Below, piece after piece: positions 19,859-30,080 of a stretch of DNA of 64,000 nt. The position numbers and the translations under genes were made by a program. This DNA comes from a virus (lineage: Duplodnaviria > Caudoviricetes), in IMG/VR virus record IMGVR_UViG_3300028886_000001; one strand, written 5' to 3'. The notes under the pieces were generated by a model. The model saw only the letters and a program-made list of their open reading frames with translations, ran no database searches and was not told the DNA's origin. How positions within the stretch are numbered: the first letter of the stretch is position 1; the number at the start of each line of letters is the position of its first letter.

Positions 19859-19896
19859 AATATTAAGAGAGTTATTATGAGAGGGGTAAATAAGCT

Positions 19897-20103
19897 ATGA
19901 AGATAAGATTTAGACTAGAAGAAGAAGGATGTAATTGTACAGAATGTGATGGAAAAATATCTATAGGAGATTCTAAGTGTCTTATGACTTTAGGAGAAGT
20001 AAAAAATATTTTATGTCATGATTGCTATGAACAATTACAAGAAGACTTAATAAATTCTTATGGAGATTATATAGACGGAGTAGAATACAATGAAGAAGAG
20101 TAA
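19897..20103 (+). CDS. Small zinc-finger protein
   Basis: CTEC...LCHDC; GAGGGG RBS. Confidence 0.65.
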   Translation: MKIRFRLEEEGCNCTECDGKISIGDSKCLMTLGEVKNILCHDCYEQLQEDLINSYGDYIDGVEYNEEE

Positions 20104-20169
20104 GCACATGCTTACTCTTTATTTTTTGTTTTAGGTAAACATTATATTATAAAAGGAGGATGATATATC

Positions 20170-21492
20170 ATGGTAATGAGAGAAGTTAGCCCTATAAATA
20201 TATTTCATAATGATAATGATAGAATAGATTTTTTAGGTGATATGTATAGAAGTGCAGCTATACCTTCATTAGCTCATTCTTATTCTATAGGAATAGAATA
20301 TATAAGAGATTGGTTCTTACATAAGTTTAATGATAATAATACTAATTACTTTAAGTCTGTATATATAGATGGAAAGCATATAGCACAAGACTTTAAAAAG
20401 TTCTCTATAAACGAAAAGTTAAAGTTAGAGAAACCTAATGTAGCTATAGTACCAGAAATAGAATTAGAATATGATAGAGAGAAGTTAGACTTATATGAGA
20501 ATGGATTAGATTCTTTATATAGAAGAAGTTATTTAGAGTCTTCTTTCTTTAGAGATTTTCAAAGAAACTTATTCCTTGGTATGAGAATGGAGGCATTAAA
20601 GATAAACTTTGAAATTAAAGTAAGAGTAAATAGTAAAGCAGAACAATTAGACTTATATAAGTACATGCAGATAGCATTTAAAGTAGGTATATCTCAAAAT
20701 GAAAGAATAGATATAGATTATCATATACCATATTCTTTAATGATACAGATAGCAAAAGATGCTGGATTCAGAGTTGAGAATAATAAGATAGTAAATATAG
20801 GTTGTTTTATTAGATATATAAACTCTCATTCTTATTTTCCTATAATGTTTAAGTATAGAGCTATTACAGGAAACTATGAATTCTTTATGAAGCTAAGAGA
20901 TCAATATATGAGAATAGAGTGTCCATCATCTATATCTGCTGATAGTGGTGAAAGAGAAGGAATGACCTATAGTAACTTTGTATTAAGTTTAAATGTAGAA
21001 TTATTAATGCCTTCTATACAAGTAATGCAATATTATTCTACTAGGAAGCATGATAATATAAGAACTATAGAGTCTGATAAAGAATCAAACTTCATAGGAT
21101 TGAATAGTATCAAGATTCCAAGAATACCAGATGTAAATAATAAAGGTTGGAATAAGATACTTACTACAGAATGGGTAGAGGATGAATTAGATAAACCATT
21201 AAAGATAGAATTTGAAGAATTAATAAGTGGTAGTGATGTAGAAAAGGTAATAAATTATAATAAATCTATGTATTTATCACCTTCTAACTTCATTGAATTT
21301 AAGCTATATAACGATGGTCATTATATAGATTCTGCAATTAATTGGGATACCCTTACTCTATTCACTAAGGTCAAACCAAAAAGCATGAAAACAGCTATAG
21401 CAGTATATGTAAATCTAGGATATGTAAATGATCAAATAATACAAATGGAAGATATGAAGAAAGATAGATTAGAGAAAAAAGCAAAAATATAG
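20170..21492 (+). CDS. Putative virion structural protein (neck/tail completion-like)
   Basis: Late promoter 20138..20149, AAGGAGG RBS, beta-rich; function by context only. Confidence 0.5.
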   Translation: MVMREVSPINIFHNDNDRIDFLGDMYRSAAIPSLAHSYSIGIEYIRDWFLHKFNDNNTNYFKSVYIDGKHIAQDFKKFSINEKLKLEKPNVAIVPEIELEYDREKLDLYENGLDSLYRRSYLESSFFRDFQRNLFLGMRMEALKINFEIKVRVNSKAEQLDLYKYMQIAFKVGISQNERIDIDYHIPYSLMIQIAKDAGFRVENNKIVNIGCFIRYINSHSYFPIMFKYRAITGNYEFFMKLRDQYMRIECPSSISADSGEREGMTYSNFVLSLNVELLMPSIQVMQYYSTRKHDNIRTIESDKESNFIGLNSIKIPRIPDVNNKGWNKILTTEWVEDELDKPLKIEFEELISGSDVEKVINYNKSMYLSPSNFIEFKLYNDGHYIDSAINWDTLTLFTKVKPKSMKTAIAVYVNLGYVNDQIIQMEDMKKDRLEKKAKI

Positions 21493-21516
21493 AGATAAGG
21501 AAATATCCTTATCTCT
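21491..21516. terminator. Bidirectional terminator
   Basis: AGAGATAAGGA-aata-TCCTTATCTCT between convergent genes. Confidence 0.7.
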
Positions 21517-21517
21517 T

Positions 21518-22006
21518 TTAATCTTTGTAAAAGTCATTTAAAACACTTGATATATCTACACTATTACTATTAGACTTAGGTATTGCGTTATTAGTTTTTT
21601 TCTTAATAACGATATCTTCATTTTCATTATCAATGCCTTTACAATTATCTATAATTATTTTAGAGAATATATAATTCAAAATATCATCTGTAAGATAGTT
21701 TAACTCTTTTTCAGTAAATTCTATATTACTTTCATTAAATTTATGTAGTAATACATTATACAAATGACCACTTATTTCATTTATCCATTCTTCTTTTGTT
21801 CGTGTATGCGTATTATAAAAATCATTATAATAATCTTTAGCACTATTTGCTAGCATATCTCCATAATGCTTATAGATATATTCACCAGCCTCTTGCTCAT
21901 TATTAAACTTTAATTTATGTTTTTTCTTCTCTGATATACTTAGTATTTGCAATGATATTATACTAGAAGTAATGAATCCTAGTATAAAACTAACTATAAT
22001 ATTCAT
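21518..22006 (-). CDS. Hypothetical membrane-anchored protein
   Basis: N-terminal TM; AAGGAG RBS. Confidence 0.75.
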   Translation of the reverse strand: MNIIVSFILGFITSSIISLQILSISEKKKHKLKFNNEQEAGEYIYKHYGDMLANSAKDYYNDFYNTHTRTKEEWINEISGHLYNVLLHKFNESNIEFTEKELNYLTDDILNYIFSKIIIDNCKGIDNENEDIVIKKKTNNAIPKSNSNSVDISSVLNDFYKD

Positions 22007-22020
22007 ATGTATTATCTCCT

Positions 22021-22146
22021 TTATAATATTTCTTTACCAGCAATTTTATTTACTATTAGCTTAACTATAACCAATAGTATATACCCTATAACAACGCCAA
22101 TAAAAAAGCACATTACGCCTTCCCATGTAATATTATTTGAACTCAT
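22021..22146 (-). CDS. 41-aa single-pass membrane peptide (not in ORF track)
   Basis: AAGGAGGG RBS; MSSNNITWEGVMCFFIGVVIGYILLVIVKLIVNKIAGKEIL; stop abuts RBS of next gene. Confidence 0.75.
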   Translation of the reverse strand: MSSNNITWEGVMCFFIGVVIGYILLVIVKLIVNKIAGKEIL

Positions 22147-22231
22147 ATTTATCCCTCCTTCCATTAGATAGTTATCGTACAAGTATTATTTTAAACATAG
22201 AGAGACAAAATAGATGAGTAAGCTATATAGC

Positions 22232-22624
22232 TTACTCATCATCTTCATCTTTTGTGTCGTTACTTTTTTGTTCCTCTAGAAATTTCTCAAATGACTTATA
22301 CTTCTCTGGCAGTAGATTAAACCAGAATATAGCTTTAGTCATTTTACCCATCATCTCAAAACCTATCATACCGCACACAAAACACGGTAGTATTATTATT
22401 TTCCAAGTAAAATGTTCTATTATAAAGTCGCTTAAGGAAAATACGAGTATAGATGATACTACAGTTGATAACAATATTCTACTTATTTTTACTTTAGGAT
22501 TTATACCTGTTAGAGTATCATAAGTATCTTTGGCTAAAGCACCAGCAAAGCAAAATAAAGTTATAAATAAAAAATCTAATAATTGTGAAACAAGTGTTTG
22601 GTCGTTTATTAATTGTTCTATCAT
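22232..22624 (-). CDS. Holin-like multi-pass membrane protein
   Basis: Three hydrophobic helices, charged C-terminal tail, 130 aa. Confidence 0.55.
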   Translation of the reverse strand: MIEQLINDQTLVSQLLDFLFITLFCFAGALAKDTYDTLTGINPKVKISRILLSTVVSSILVFSLSDFIIEHFTWKIIILPCFVCGMIGFEMMGKMTKAIFWFNLLPEKYKSFEKFLEEQKSNDTKDEDDE

Positions 22625-22646
22625 CTATATCACACCCATTTCAAAT

Positions 22647-23633
22647 TCATATTTCTTCTGACTTATTCAATTTATTTTGTATATATCCTGATACTATAAA
22701 GACACCAAAGGATATTACAATAGATATTGATATATAACCTACTTTGGTTTTACCCAATATTAATATATCATTTGTAGCTTCTGTTATCTTATCTTCAGAA
22801 AAAGTTAAATCTGATAGATAAGGTTGTATTGTGTCATACATATTTATTCTTTGTACAATTATTATTTTGTAGTTGTTGTTTTTAACTCCTAGAGAATTTA
22901 CATCTTCATTCCCAAACACGTCACCATTATTAGTTATATAAATAGGTACTAATAATTCGTATGATTTAAGAACATCAAGACCATGTTTATTGCACTGTTG
23001 CAATAATTGATCTATATCCATATCGCTTATTACATCATGCTCTACTAATGGCTCTTTCCCTTCCCAAAATATCAATTCTGAATTATTATCCTTGTTTAAT
23101 ATACTGTCTATTGCTAATTGAGAAAGATGTTTATTATGAGTTGTTTTATTAAAATCAGTAATAGGTATTGAAGAAGAATTACTATCATCTTGCACATAAG
23201 TAGCTGTCTTATTCCAGATGATAAATCTACTAGATGTGACAAAAGGCTTATTAGAACAAGAATCTTTATTTATAAAGACACTAGATAATTCGTCATCTAA
23301 TATACTACTCAATTTAGAGTCTTCACTAGGATGTTGAATATCAAACTTTAATTCATCTAAATTGTCTTTATATTCTTTAAGCATCTTATCTTGAATATCA
23401 TTAGATATTTCATTTAGATACAGATCAGCTTTATTTCTATTCTCTTTTAATATAGTCTTTATTACATTATCCTTCTCATGAGTTGTTGTTTGCAGTGCAT
23501 TTTGGTATTTAACCTCCATGACATGATAATTACAATACTGAATATATGCATTGATAAGAATACATATGATTATAATTATAGTGCAACAAGATAATACATT
23601 TGCTATAAGTTTTTTATTTTTTAATTTTTCCAC
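22647..23633 (-). CDS. Two-TM membrane protein with extracytoplasmic Cache-like domain and no cytoplasmic output domain
   Basis: TM at both ends, long helix then alpha/beta domain (ELLVPIYI...KIIIVQRIN); late promoter 23659..23670. Confidence 0.5.
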   Translation of the reverse strand: MEKLKNKKLIANVLSCCTIIIIICILINAYIQYCNYHVMEVKYQNALQTTTHEKDNVIKTILKENRNKADLYLNEISNDIQDKMLKEYKDNLDELKFDIQHPSEDSKLSSILDDELSSVFINKDSCSNKPFVTSSRFIIWNKTATYVQDDSNSSSIPITDFNKTTHNKHLSQLAIDSILNKDNNSELIFWEGKEPLVEHDVISDMDIDQLLQQCNKHGLDVLKSYELLVPIYITNNGDVFGNEDVNSLGVKNNNYKIIIVQRINMYDTIQPYLSDLTFSEDKITEATNDILILGKTKVGYISISIVISFGVFIVSGYIQNKLNKSEEI

Positions 23634-23696
23634 TTAAAGCACCCCCTTTCATATAAATTACCAAGATGTTAGGGATAAAAAGAGCTAGGGATATCC

Positions 23697-24143
23697 CTAG
23701 CTCATAAAGTATTTTGTATATATCTTCTTATAGATATTTATTACATGTTGCAATATTGCTTGCTTTGTAGTATCATTCTCATCTATATCTTTAAATGATG
23801 ATAAGTCATAATCAAAACTTTCATTCTTAGATATATTTAAATATACTTCTCCTCTGAATCCATCTTCATATAGAACTATACTAATACTTTCATAATCTGG
23901 TATATTTATTATCTTAATATTTTTATCAGATACTTCTAATCCTATCTTATCTAAATATGACTTAGATAAAAGCTTACTTGTAGACATCAAATCTATTAGA
24001 TTATTATAATCCATACAATTATCACATAAATCTTTTAGATAATGTTTAGTATTAGCAAACCAATCTGATATTAAGTATATCTTTCTAGTAAGACCTTCAT
24101 AATCAGTATTTATCAAATTCTTCTGTATCAATATATGGTTCAT
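23697..24143 (-). CDS. Hypothetical protein
   Basis: ORF track (alternative start 24155); terminator hairpin at its 3' end. Confidence 0.65.
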   Translation of the reverse strand: MNHILIQKNLINTDYEGLTRKIYLISDWFANTKHYLKDLCDNCMDYNNLIDLMSTSKLLSKSYLDKIGLEVSDKNIKIINIPDYESISIVLYEDGFRGEVYLNISKNESFDYDLSSFKDIDENDTTKQAILQHVINIYKKIYTKYFMS

Positions 24144-24681
24144 CGATTTCCTCACATCCTATTTCTATACCATGTTTTAATGGACTATCTGAGTCCAATG
24201 CTATGTTAAGAAATCTAAGATAAGCTGAATAAAGCAGATTATTAATATATTGCATTAATTGCTTATCTTTCTCTTTAGAATCTTCATTATAATCATTATA
24301 TTTTACATTGATATGGAATACATAATCTATAGAATAGTATATTTGAATCTCTTTACATCTTATTCTAAAGTCTTTCTTTATAGGATCTAAATCTATTCTT
24401 ATATGTATTATATCCTTTATCTCTAAAGCAAATGATAATATATTAGAATTGGTGTTTTCTATTATGTGTGTATTAGAATCTTCATAATTATAATCCTTTA
24501 TAAGAATGTAAAGCTCATATAATTCATCAAATTTTATTATGAAGTCTTTATCTTCTATAGCTTTGTATATTATACTTTCTAATTTGCTTTTGTATCTAGT
24601 TATTTCCTTCTTTAGTTTCCATCCTTTATACTTTTTTTGTAAAAAATACTTGTCCACTAAAAGTTGTGTATAAAGCATCAT
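24103..24681 (-). CDS. Hypothetical protein
   Basis: GGATGGTG RBS; operonic. Confidence 0.7.
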   Translation of the reverse strand: MMLYTQLLVDKYFLQKKYKGWKLKKEITRYKSKLESIIYKAIEDKDFIIKFDELYELYILIKDYNYEDSNTHIIENTNSNILSFALEIKDIIHIRIDLDPIKKDFRIRCKEIQIYYSIDYVFHINVKYNDYNEDSKEKDKQLMQYINNLLYSAYLRFLNIALDSDSPLKHGIEIGCEEIDEPYIDTEEFDKY

Positions 24682-24696
24682 AATATTATCACCATC

Positions 24697-24882
24697 CTAA
24701 TCTACTTTTATTATTTTTCCACATTTATTGCATTTATATATACATATTATTTTGCTTCCAGTTCTTTCTGTATGTATTGTATATATATTCTTAATTACAT
24801 AGTCATGATTACATTTTCTACTTTTTAACCAATTGAATATTCTCATCTGTTCATCATCCTTTAAATATAATATCAAATTCAT
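24697..24882 (-). CDS. Small zinc-ribbon protein
   Basis: CNHDY...CNKCG; start uncertain, may be the downstream Met. Confidence 0.6.
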   Translation of the reverse strand: MNLILYLKDDEQMRIFNWLKSRKCNHDYVIKNIYTIHTERTGSKIICIYKCNKCGKIIKVD

Positions 24883-25585
24883 TTTCTACTTTTAGTCTAT
24901 TATAATATGCATATACTAATGATAAGAAACATTGTTCGCAATCATTAATAAAATTCAAATGATTTGAGTCATTAAAAGTTAATGTATATTCTTCAAATGC
25001 ATCTTCAAATTTATCCACTTGAAGTATTATAGCTCCATCTATATGAATATTATAATAGTTCTCTAGCATATATCTATATGCTGATAATTGAAGAAAGTAT
25101 CTATATCCTACATGATTTGAAGTCTTAAAATCTGTAAGATACACTTGTCCATTTATTTTGATAAGTAAATCATATGTGCCACCGAACCATGGACATACTA
25201 AGGCATTTTCCATTCCTATAATTTCTATTTGATTATTTTCTCTTATTTTATTATACCACAGTATAAATGATTCTACACAATGTTTTACTTTTTGCATATC
25301 TCTATTTAGATTATCTTTCCTTTCAAAGTAACTCTTATTAGTCTTTATATATTCTTCTATAAAATTATGAGCATCTGTTCCTACATTAGCAGCTGTCTCC
25401 ATATAAGATGAATATCTAGTTCTTTTACACAATCCTAGATAATTAGACCAATTCATTAAAGACTCTTCATGTAACATAGAGCTTAATATAGTATTTACTC
25501 TTGGTACGTTTACTCCGTTATACTGGTACTTATCTTCTTCTATTATATTTTCTGTTTCTAATTCTTTTAGTAAACTTATTATCAT
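24854..25585 (-). CDS. PD-(D/E)XK exonuclease (RecB/Cas4-like fold, no Fe-S cysteine set)
   Basis: PRVNTIL, GTDAH, GGTYDLL, TDFKTS, QLSAY; late promoter 25601..25612. Confidence 0.85.
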   Translation of the reverse strand: MIISLLKELETENIIEEDKYQYNGVNVPRVNTILSSMLHEESLMNWSNYLGLCKRTRYSSYMETAANVGTDAHNFIEEYIKTNKSYFERKDNLNRDMQKVKHCVESFILWYNKIRENNQIEIIGMENALVCPWFGGTYDLLIKINGQVYLTDFKTSNHVGYRYFLQLSAYRYMLENYYNIHIDGAIILQVDKFEDAFEEYTLTFNDSNHLNFINDCEQCFLSLVYAYYNRLKVENEFDIIFKG

Positions 25586-25678
25586 TGTAACACCTCCTTT
25601 TACGTATTTGTTAGCCTGGTTGTATATTTATAAAGTCAACATATCTATAATAATTTAATTAAAGGAGGTATATATAAT

Positions 25679-26626
25679 ATGGAACAAAAGTCAGTAAGTA
25701 AAAATTACTCTAGCACATATTTATATAATAAATCAAACCAGTATGAGAAAAATATCTTTGACTTTGTAATGCATGGAGAAGAGATAAATAAACAAGATCC
25801 TACATTTGAAGATATAAGATATGATATTAAGAAAAGACAGATAAGTAATTCATTAGTCAAAGTATTAGATTCTAAGAATGTAATATTATTGTCTAGAAGC
25901 ATGCCAATGCCAAGAGCATTTAAAGTGTTCTGTTGTAAAGATCCTAAGATGAATGATGGAAAATATAAAGTATTTATAGATGTATCAGATATCATTAAAA
26001 AGGTCGAAGGTGGATACAGATGTAATAGTATAGATATATTAATAGCTTATTTAGTAGATGCTATGAATACTATGATATATTATATGGATCCAAAGAGATT
26101 AATAATGAGAAATGAAATAATCAATGAAGGAGCATATTGTTTTGCTACTTTATTTACTCATGTAATAGATTATCTATATAAGATATCTACTACACCAGCA
26201 GTAAGAGCTAAATGCTTATATCTTTCTTCAATGTATTACATGGTAAATATATTAAAGAAAGAACCTACAGATTCTATTAAAACTTCATGTAGAAATATAG
26301 CAGGTATTCAACCAAGAGAAGCAGATGTAATAGATCTTAAACTAGATAAAACTAGTTTTGTTAATATAAAATATTTTATAGAAACACTATCTGATTCATT
26401 AAGAATAGGTAAATTAACTATAGATACATTCTTAGAGAAATGGTTATATCTATTCGGAACAGGAACTCAATTTGCATTGGAAATGTACCCTTCTTTCTCA
26501 GCAATGATAACAAATGCTTATGTAGGTTGTTATCTAAATAATCAAAAGACTATAGAAAAGATATTAGGAAGACATATAATACCATTTACTTTATGTATTC
26601 TTAAAGTAGGTCAGGAGTCTGTATAA
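25679..26626 (+). CDS. Hypothetical late (probably virion) protein
   Basis: Late promoter 25638..25649, AAGGAGG RBS. Confidence 0.7.
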   Translation: MEQKSVSKNYSSTYLYNKSNQYEKNIFDFVMHGEEINKQDPTFEDIRYDIKKRQISNSLVKVLDSKNVILLSRSMPMPRAFKVFCCKDPKMNDGKYKVFIDVSDIIKKVEGGYRCNSIDILIAYLVDAMNTMIYYMDPKRLIMRNEIINEGAYCFATLFTHVIDYLYKISTTPAVRAKCLYLSSMYYMVNILKKEPTDSIKTSCRNIAGIQPREADVIDLKLDKTSFVNIKYFIETLSDSLRIGKLTIDTFLEKWLYLFGTGTQFALEMYPSFSAMITNAYVGCYLNNQKTIEKILGRHIIPFTLCILKVGQESV

Positions 26627-26627
26627 T

Positions 26628-28943
26628 ATGAGTAATATAGTTTACAATAGAGTAGATAATCTAAGACAACGAACAAAAACAGTTGTCTCTAATACACAGG
26701 TGGCTAAGTCACCTGCTTTATATTCTCTAATAAATGAAAGAAGGTACTCATTTAAAACACACGGTTTTTATCATTCAATATATTCAGATGATCAACCATC
26801 ACCTACTATTACTATAAACGGAAAACAAATAGACTTGCATAAGAATGATATGCTTTTTGTTGTCCATAATTTACCTTATAATTTAAAGAAGACAAGACAT
26901 GTATATGCTGATTCTATGGAGAATATGGTAAGCAATAAAGAGATTAAACCATTCTTATTATTTATAGAAGATACATTCATAAAATGGTCAGATATGATGA
27001 TTATAAACGATTGTAAATACGGATATATCTTAGTAATAAATCATCCAGAGTTTATGCAAATAGTTAATCCTAAATTACAATCAATACTATTACATGATGA
27101 TATTGTATATAAAGAAGGACTAACTTCTATACCAGATCAAAATCTATTTGCTTTTGATTCTAATGGATTATCTGTATTACCAGATAATACAGGTAGTACT
27201 TATACTTGTATTTCTAGAGGAAATAAATATCATCCATTATTTCACGAAGACTTATCTCTAGTAGAAAATGCTAATACACAATGTACATTAAATACTAATT
27301 ATTCTATAACAGAATCTAATTGTATTGTATTCAAGAATGGTAAGTTATATACAGAAGCAGATATAGAATTACTAGGAATGAATGTATTAAAGATAGATAA
27401 TAATACATTCAATGGAGATAATCTAGTATGTAAGATATTCTATTATGCAGATTATAATGATAGAATATACAATAATTCTACAGAGATATATGATAGCGAA
27501 TATGTAAGAAAGATATTATTAAAAGGAGAGACAGAAGAATATTTAGAAAAAGTATGTAAAGAACAATTTGATTATACTTTTGATAAGAATAAGACATACG
27601 AAGAGAATATAACAGACTCTTTAAATTATATAATGTCTTATAATCCTAAATTTATGAATAGTATATATTCTAATGCATCTAATATAATATCTAGAGAATA
27701 TACTGGAGCCAGGTTAATGCAATTAATGTCTCCTAGTAGATATGTAACATTATCTAGAAATTATGGAGATTACAAGGATTGTTATATTATGATATATCTT
27801 AATGGATATTTATATAAAGAATACTATAGTATAACATATCATGCTAGTTACTTTAAATTCTATCTTAGAGATGATATTAAACCTACAGATAAATTTGAGA
27901 TATTATATTTAAGAAATGTAGATAATACTATAACTCCTATAACATTTGATTCTACTTCAGAGACAGATGAATATATAATAAATCCTGATTTAGATTTAGA
28001 TCATATAAAACTATTCTGTCCTACACCATATCAACCAGATTTTGATATACAAAAGACACCACAAATACAATATGAATTAGAATTACATGTAGAGAAATTA
28101 GATAATGGCAAAGTTAAAATGTATCCAGTAGAACCATATTACTATGATAAAGAATTATATTTAGCATCAGATAATCAATTTAGATATTATCATTTTAATA
28201 TAGAAGAAGATACAACAGATGTATTATTACCTAGTGATTTTGCTTATTGTAATAATCAAGATAAGTATATGGTATTCTTAAATGAAAAGAAGATAGATAA
28301 TGATAAGATATTCGTTACAGTAATATCTAAGTCTAGACCTTTTGATTCTATATCAATATATTTATCATTAGAATTACATAAGGGAGATTCATTAGATGTA
28401 TTCTATATGCCTGGTGGATTAGAAGAAGTAAATGTAACTCCAGAGATTAGTGAAAATGGATTAATCTATATGGATAAGACTAAATTAGCTTATAACTTCG
28501 ATCCTAATTTATACTTTGTATTTATCAATGGTAAGAAGTTATTACCAGAAGAGTATACTAATATAGGAAGTAATATTATAAAGATAACTACTAATACTAC
28601 ATCTAAGAAGAATATATCTATAATGAAACATGCTAGAGATAATGAGATATTAAAACCATTATTCCAAACATTGTTATCTAAGATAGATGATAATATTCTT
28701 AAGAATGTAGAAGCAAGATCTGCTAGTGATAATGTATATAGCGATACAGATTCTGATATATATGATGGAAGAACAATAGATAAACAAGATATAATAGATA
28801 AATTAATTCTTGATTACTATTCTAGACCTTTTATTAATCAAGGAGACGTATTTGTATATGATTATGAAGAAGCAGAATGGGATAAAGATGTAGATGGTAA
28901 TAATCTATTTACTACACTTAATTCAGATAAGCATGTAGACTAG
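26628..28943 (+). CDS. Large virion structural protein with repeated beta-modules
   Basis: Repeated (V/I)(F/Y)(L/I/K)NG modules (VFKNGK, IYLNGY, VFINGK) shared with tail genes. Confidence 0.6.
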   Translation: MSNIVYNRVDNLRQRTKTVVSNTQVAKSPALYSLINERRYSFKTHGFYHSIYSDDQPSPTITINGKQIDLHKNDMLFVVHNLPYNLKKTRHVYADSMENMVSNKEIKPFLLFIEDTFIKWSDMMIINDCKYGYILVINHPEFMQIVNPKLQSILLHDDIVYKEGLTSIPDQNLFAFDSNGLSVLPDNTGSTYTCISRGNKYHPLFHEDLSLVENANTQCTLNTNYSITESNCIVFKNGKLYTEADIELLGMNVLKIDNNTFNGDNLVCKIFYYADYNDRIYNNSTEIYDSEYVRKILLKGETEEYLEKVCKEQFDYTFDKNKTYEENITDSLNYIMSYNPKFMNSIYSNASNIISREYTGARLMQLMSPSRYVTLSRNYGDYKDCYIMIYLNGYLYKEYYSITYHASYFKFYLRDDIKPTDKFEILYLRNVDNTITPITFDSTSETDEYIINPDLDLDHIKLFCPTPYQPDFDIQKTPQIQYELELHVEKLDNGKVKMYPVEPYYYDKELYLASDNQFRYYHFNIEEDTTDVLLPSDFAYCNNQDKYMVFLNEKKIDNDKIFVTVISKSRPFDSISIYLSLELHKGDSLDVFYMPGGLEEVNVTPEISENGLIYMDKTKLAYNFDPNLYFVFINGKKLLPEEYTNIGSNIIKITTNTTSKKNISIMKHARDNEILKPLFQTLLSKIDDNILKNVEARSASDNVYSDTDSDIYDGRTIDKQDIIDKLILDYYSRPFINQGDVFVYDYEEAEWDKDVDGNNLFTTLNSDKHVD

Positions 28944-29000
28944 CATTATGCTAGTCTACTTCAACATATTAATAAAATTTTATAATAAGGAGGAATAATA

Positions 29001-30080
29001 ATGAATGGAAAATTTTCTAGAATACCGATAGTTCCTTTAGATTTGAAGCAATCATATAAAGCAGTCCCAAATGAATTATTAGTAGATAGAGCTAATGGTA
29101 ATATCTATATAAAGAAAATGGACGGAGAATTATTTGATGTAACACAATCAATTAGAGAAGCTGTTGAAAAATTCAATTCAGATAATATATACGTAACTAT
29201 AGATGGTATTAAGTATACTCTTACTGAAACTATAGTTAAATTCCTAAATGAAACATTACAACTTAAAGAAACTGGAGAAGAAGCTAAATATATCGTAAAA
29301 CAAGATAGAATAGATGATATGTCTATAGAAGCTAAATTCAAAAGAGTTCAAATAAGAAACTTTGATCAAGCAGAGAACGGAGCTTTACCTCAAAAGCATA
29401 ATGGTGTAGTAAGATGGGTCAAGCTACCAGATAATCTTAATGAACTATTACAACAAGCAGACGAAGGTAGTCCTGATGATGGTATAAAGACTAAAATTAG
29501 AATGATAGAACCTCTAAATGCAAAGGTGTATTTACAAGCTGCTAGAAATCAAAAGACTCCTAATCTACATGAGAATGTAAGAGTTATCTTACCTTCTATA
29601 TTAGATGAATTCTCTGAAGTATATTGGATGGCTAGAACTTATGCATATCAACCTACATTGATATTCCCATCTAATGTATACTTTAATACAGCATTTCAAC
29701 CAATGGCTGACTCTCAAAATCTATATATATTTAGAACTTTTGATGGAGGAGAAACTTGGTTGGGAGAATTAAGATCTTATAATAATACTACAGGCGGTGC
29801 AACAGATGCTAATGGTGCAGTTACTTTAAATTATTTAAAAGATAATTATTCTACATCATTAGAGAACGATACTAAATACCTTACTAAAGAAGATGCTTCT
29901 AAAAAGTATTATAATAAAGAAGAAATCAAAGGAGCATATATGACATCTAGAGAAATGCTTGATAAATATTATGATAAGGATCAAATAAATGATATCTTAG
30001 AGAATAAGTATGAATTAAAAGATCCATCTATAGATAAGCAGACTGCATTAATAATTGATACAGATGGAGGTGATATCTAA
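29001..30080 (+). CDS. Putative tail fibre-associated protein
   Basis: ELLVDRANGNIYIK, IFRTFDGGETWLG, YY.K..I repeats; late promoter 28963..28974. Confidence 0.6.
   Translation: MNGKFSRIPIVPLDLKQSYKAVPNELLVDRANGNIYIKKMDGELFDVTQSIREAVEKFNSDNIYVTIDGIKYTLTETIVKFLNETLQLKETGEEAKYIVKQDRIDDMSIEAKFKRVQIRNFDQAENGALPQKHNGVVRWVKLPDNLNELLQQADEGSPDDGIKTKIRMIEPLNAKVYLQAARNQKTPNLHENVRVILPSILDEFSEVYWMARTYAYQPTLIFPSNVYFNTAFQPMADSQNLYIFRTFDGGETWLGELRSYNNTTGGATDANGAVTLNYLKDNYSTSLENDTKYLTKEDASKKYYNKEEIKGAYMTSREMLDKYYDKDQINDILENKYELKDPSIDKQTALIIDTDGGDI

Noticed and set aside
24854-25585. Cas4 as part of a CRISPR system
   Set aside because: No Fe-S cysteine set, cas neighbours or array; generic PD-(D/E)XK nuclease
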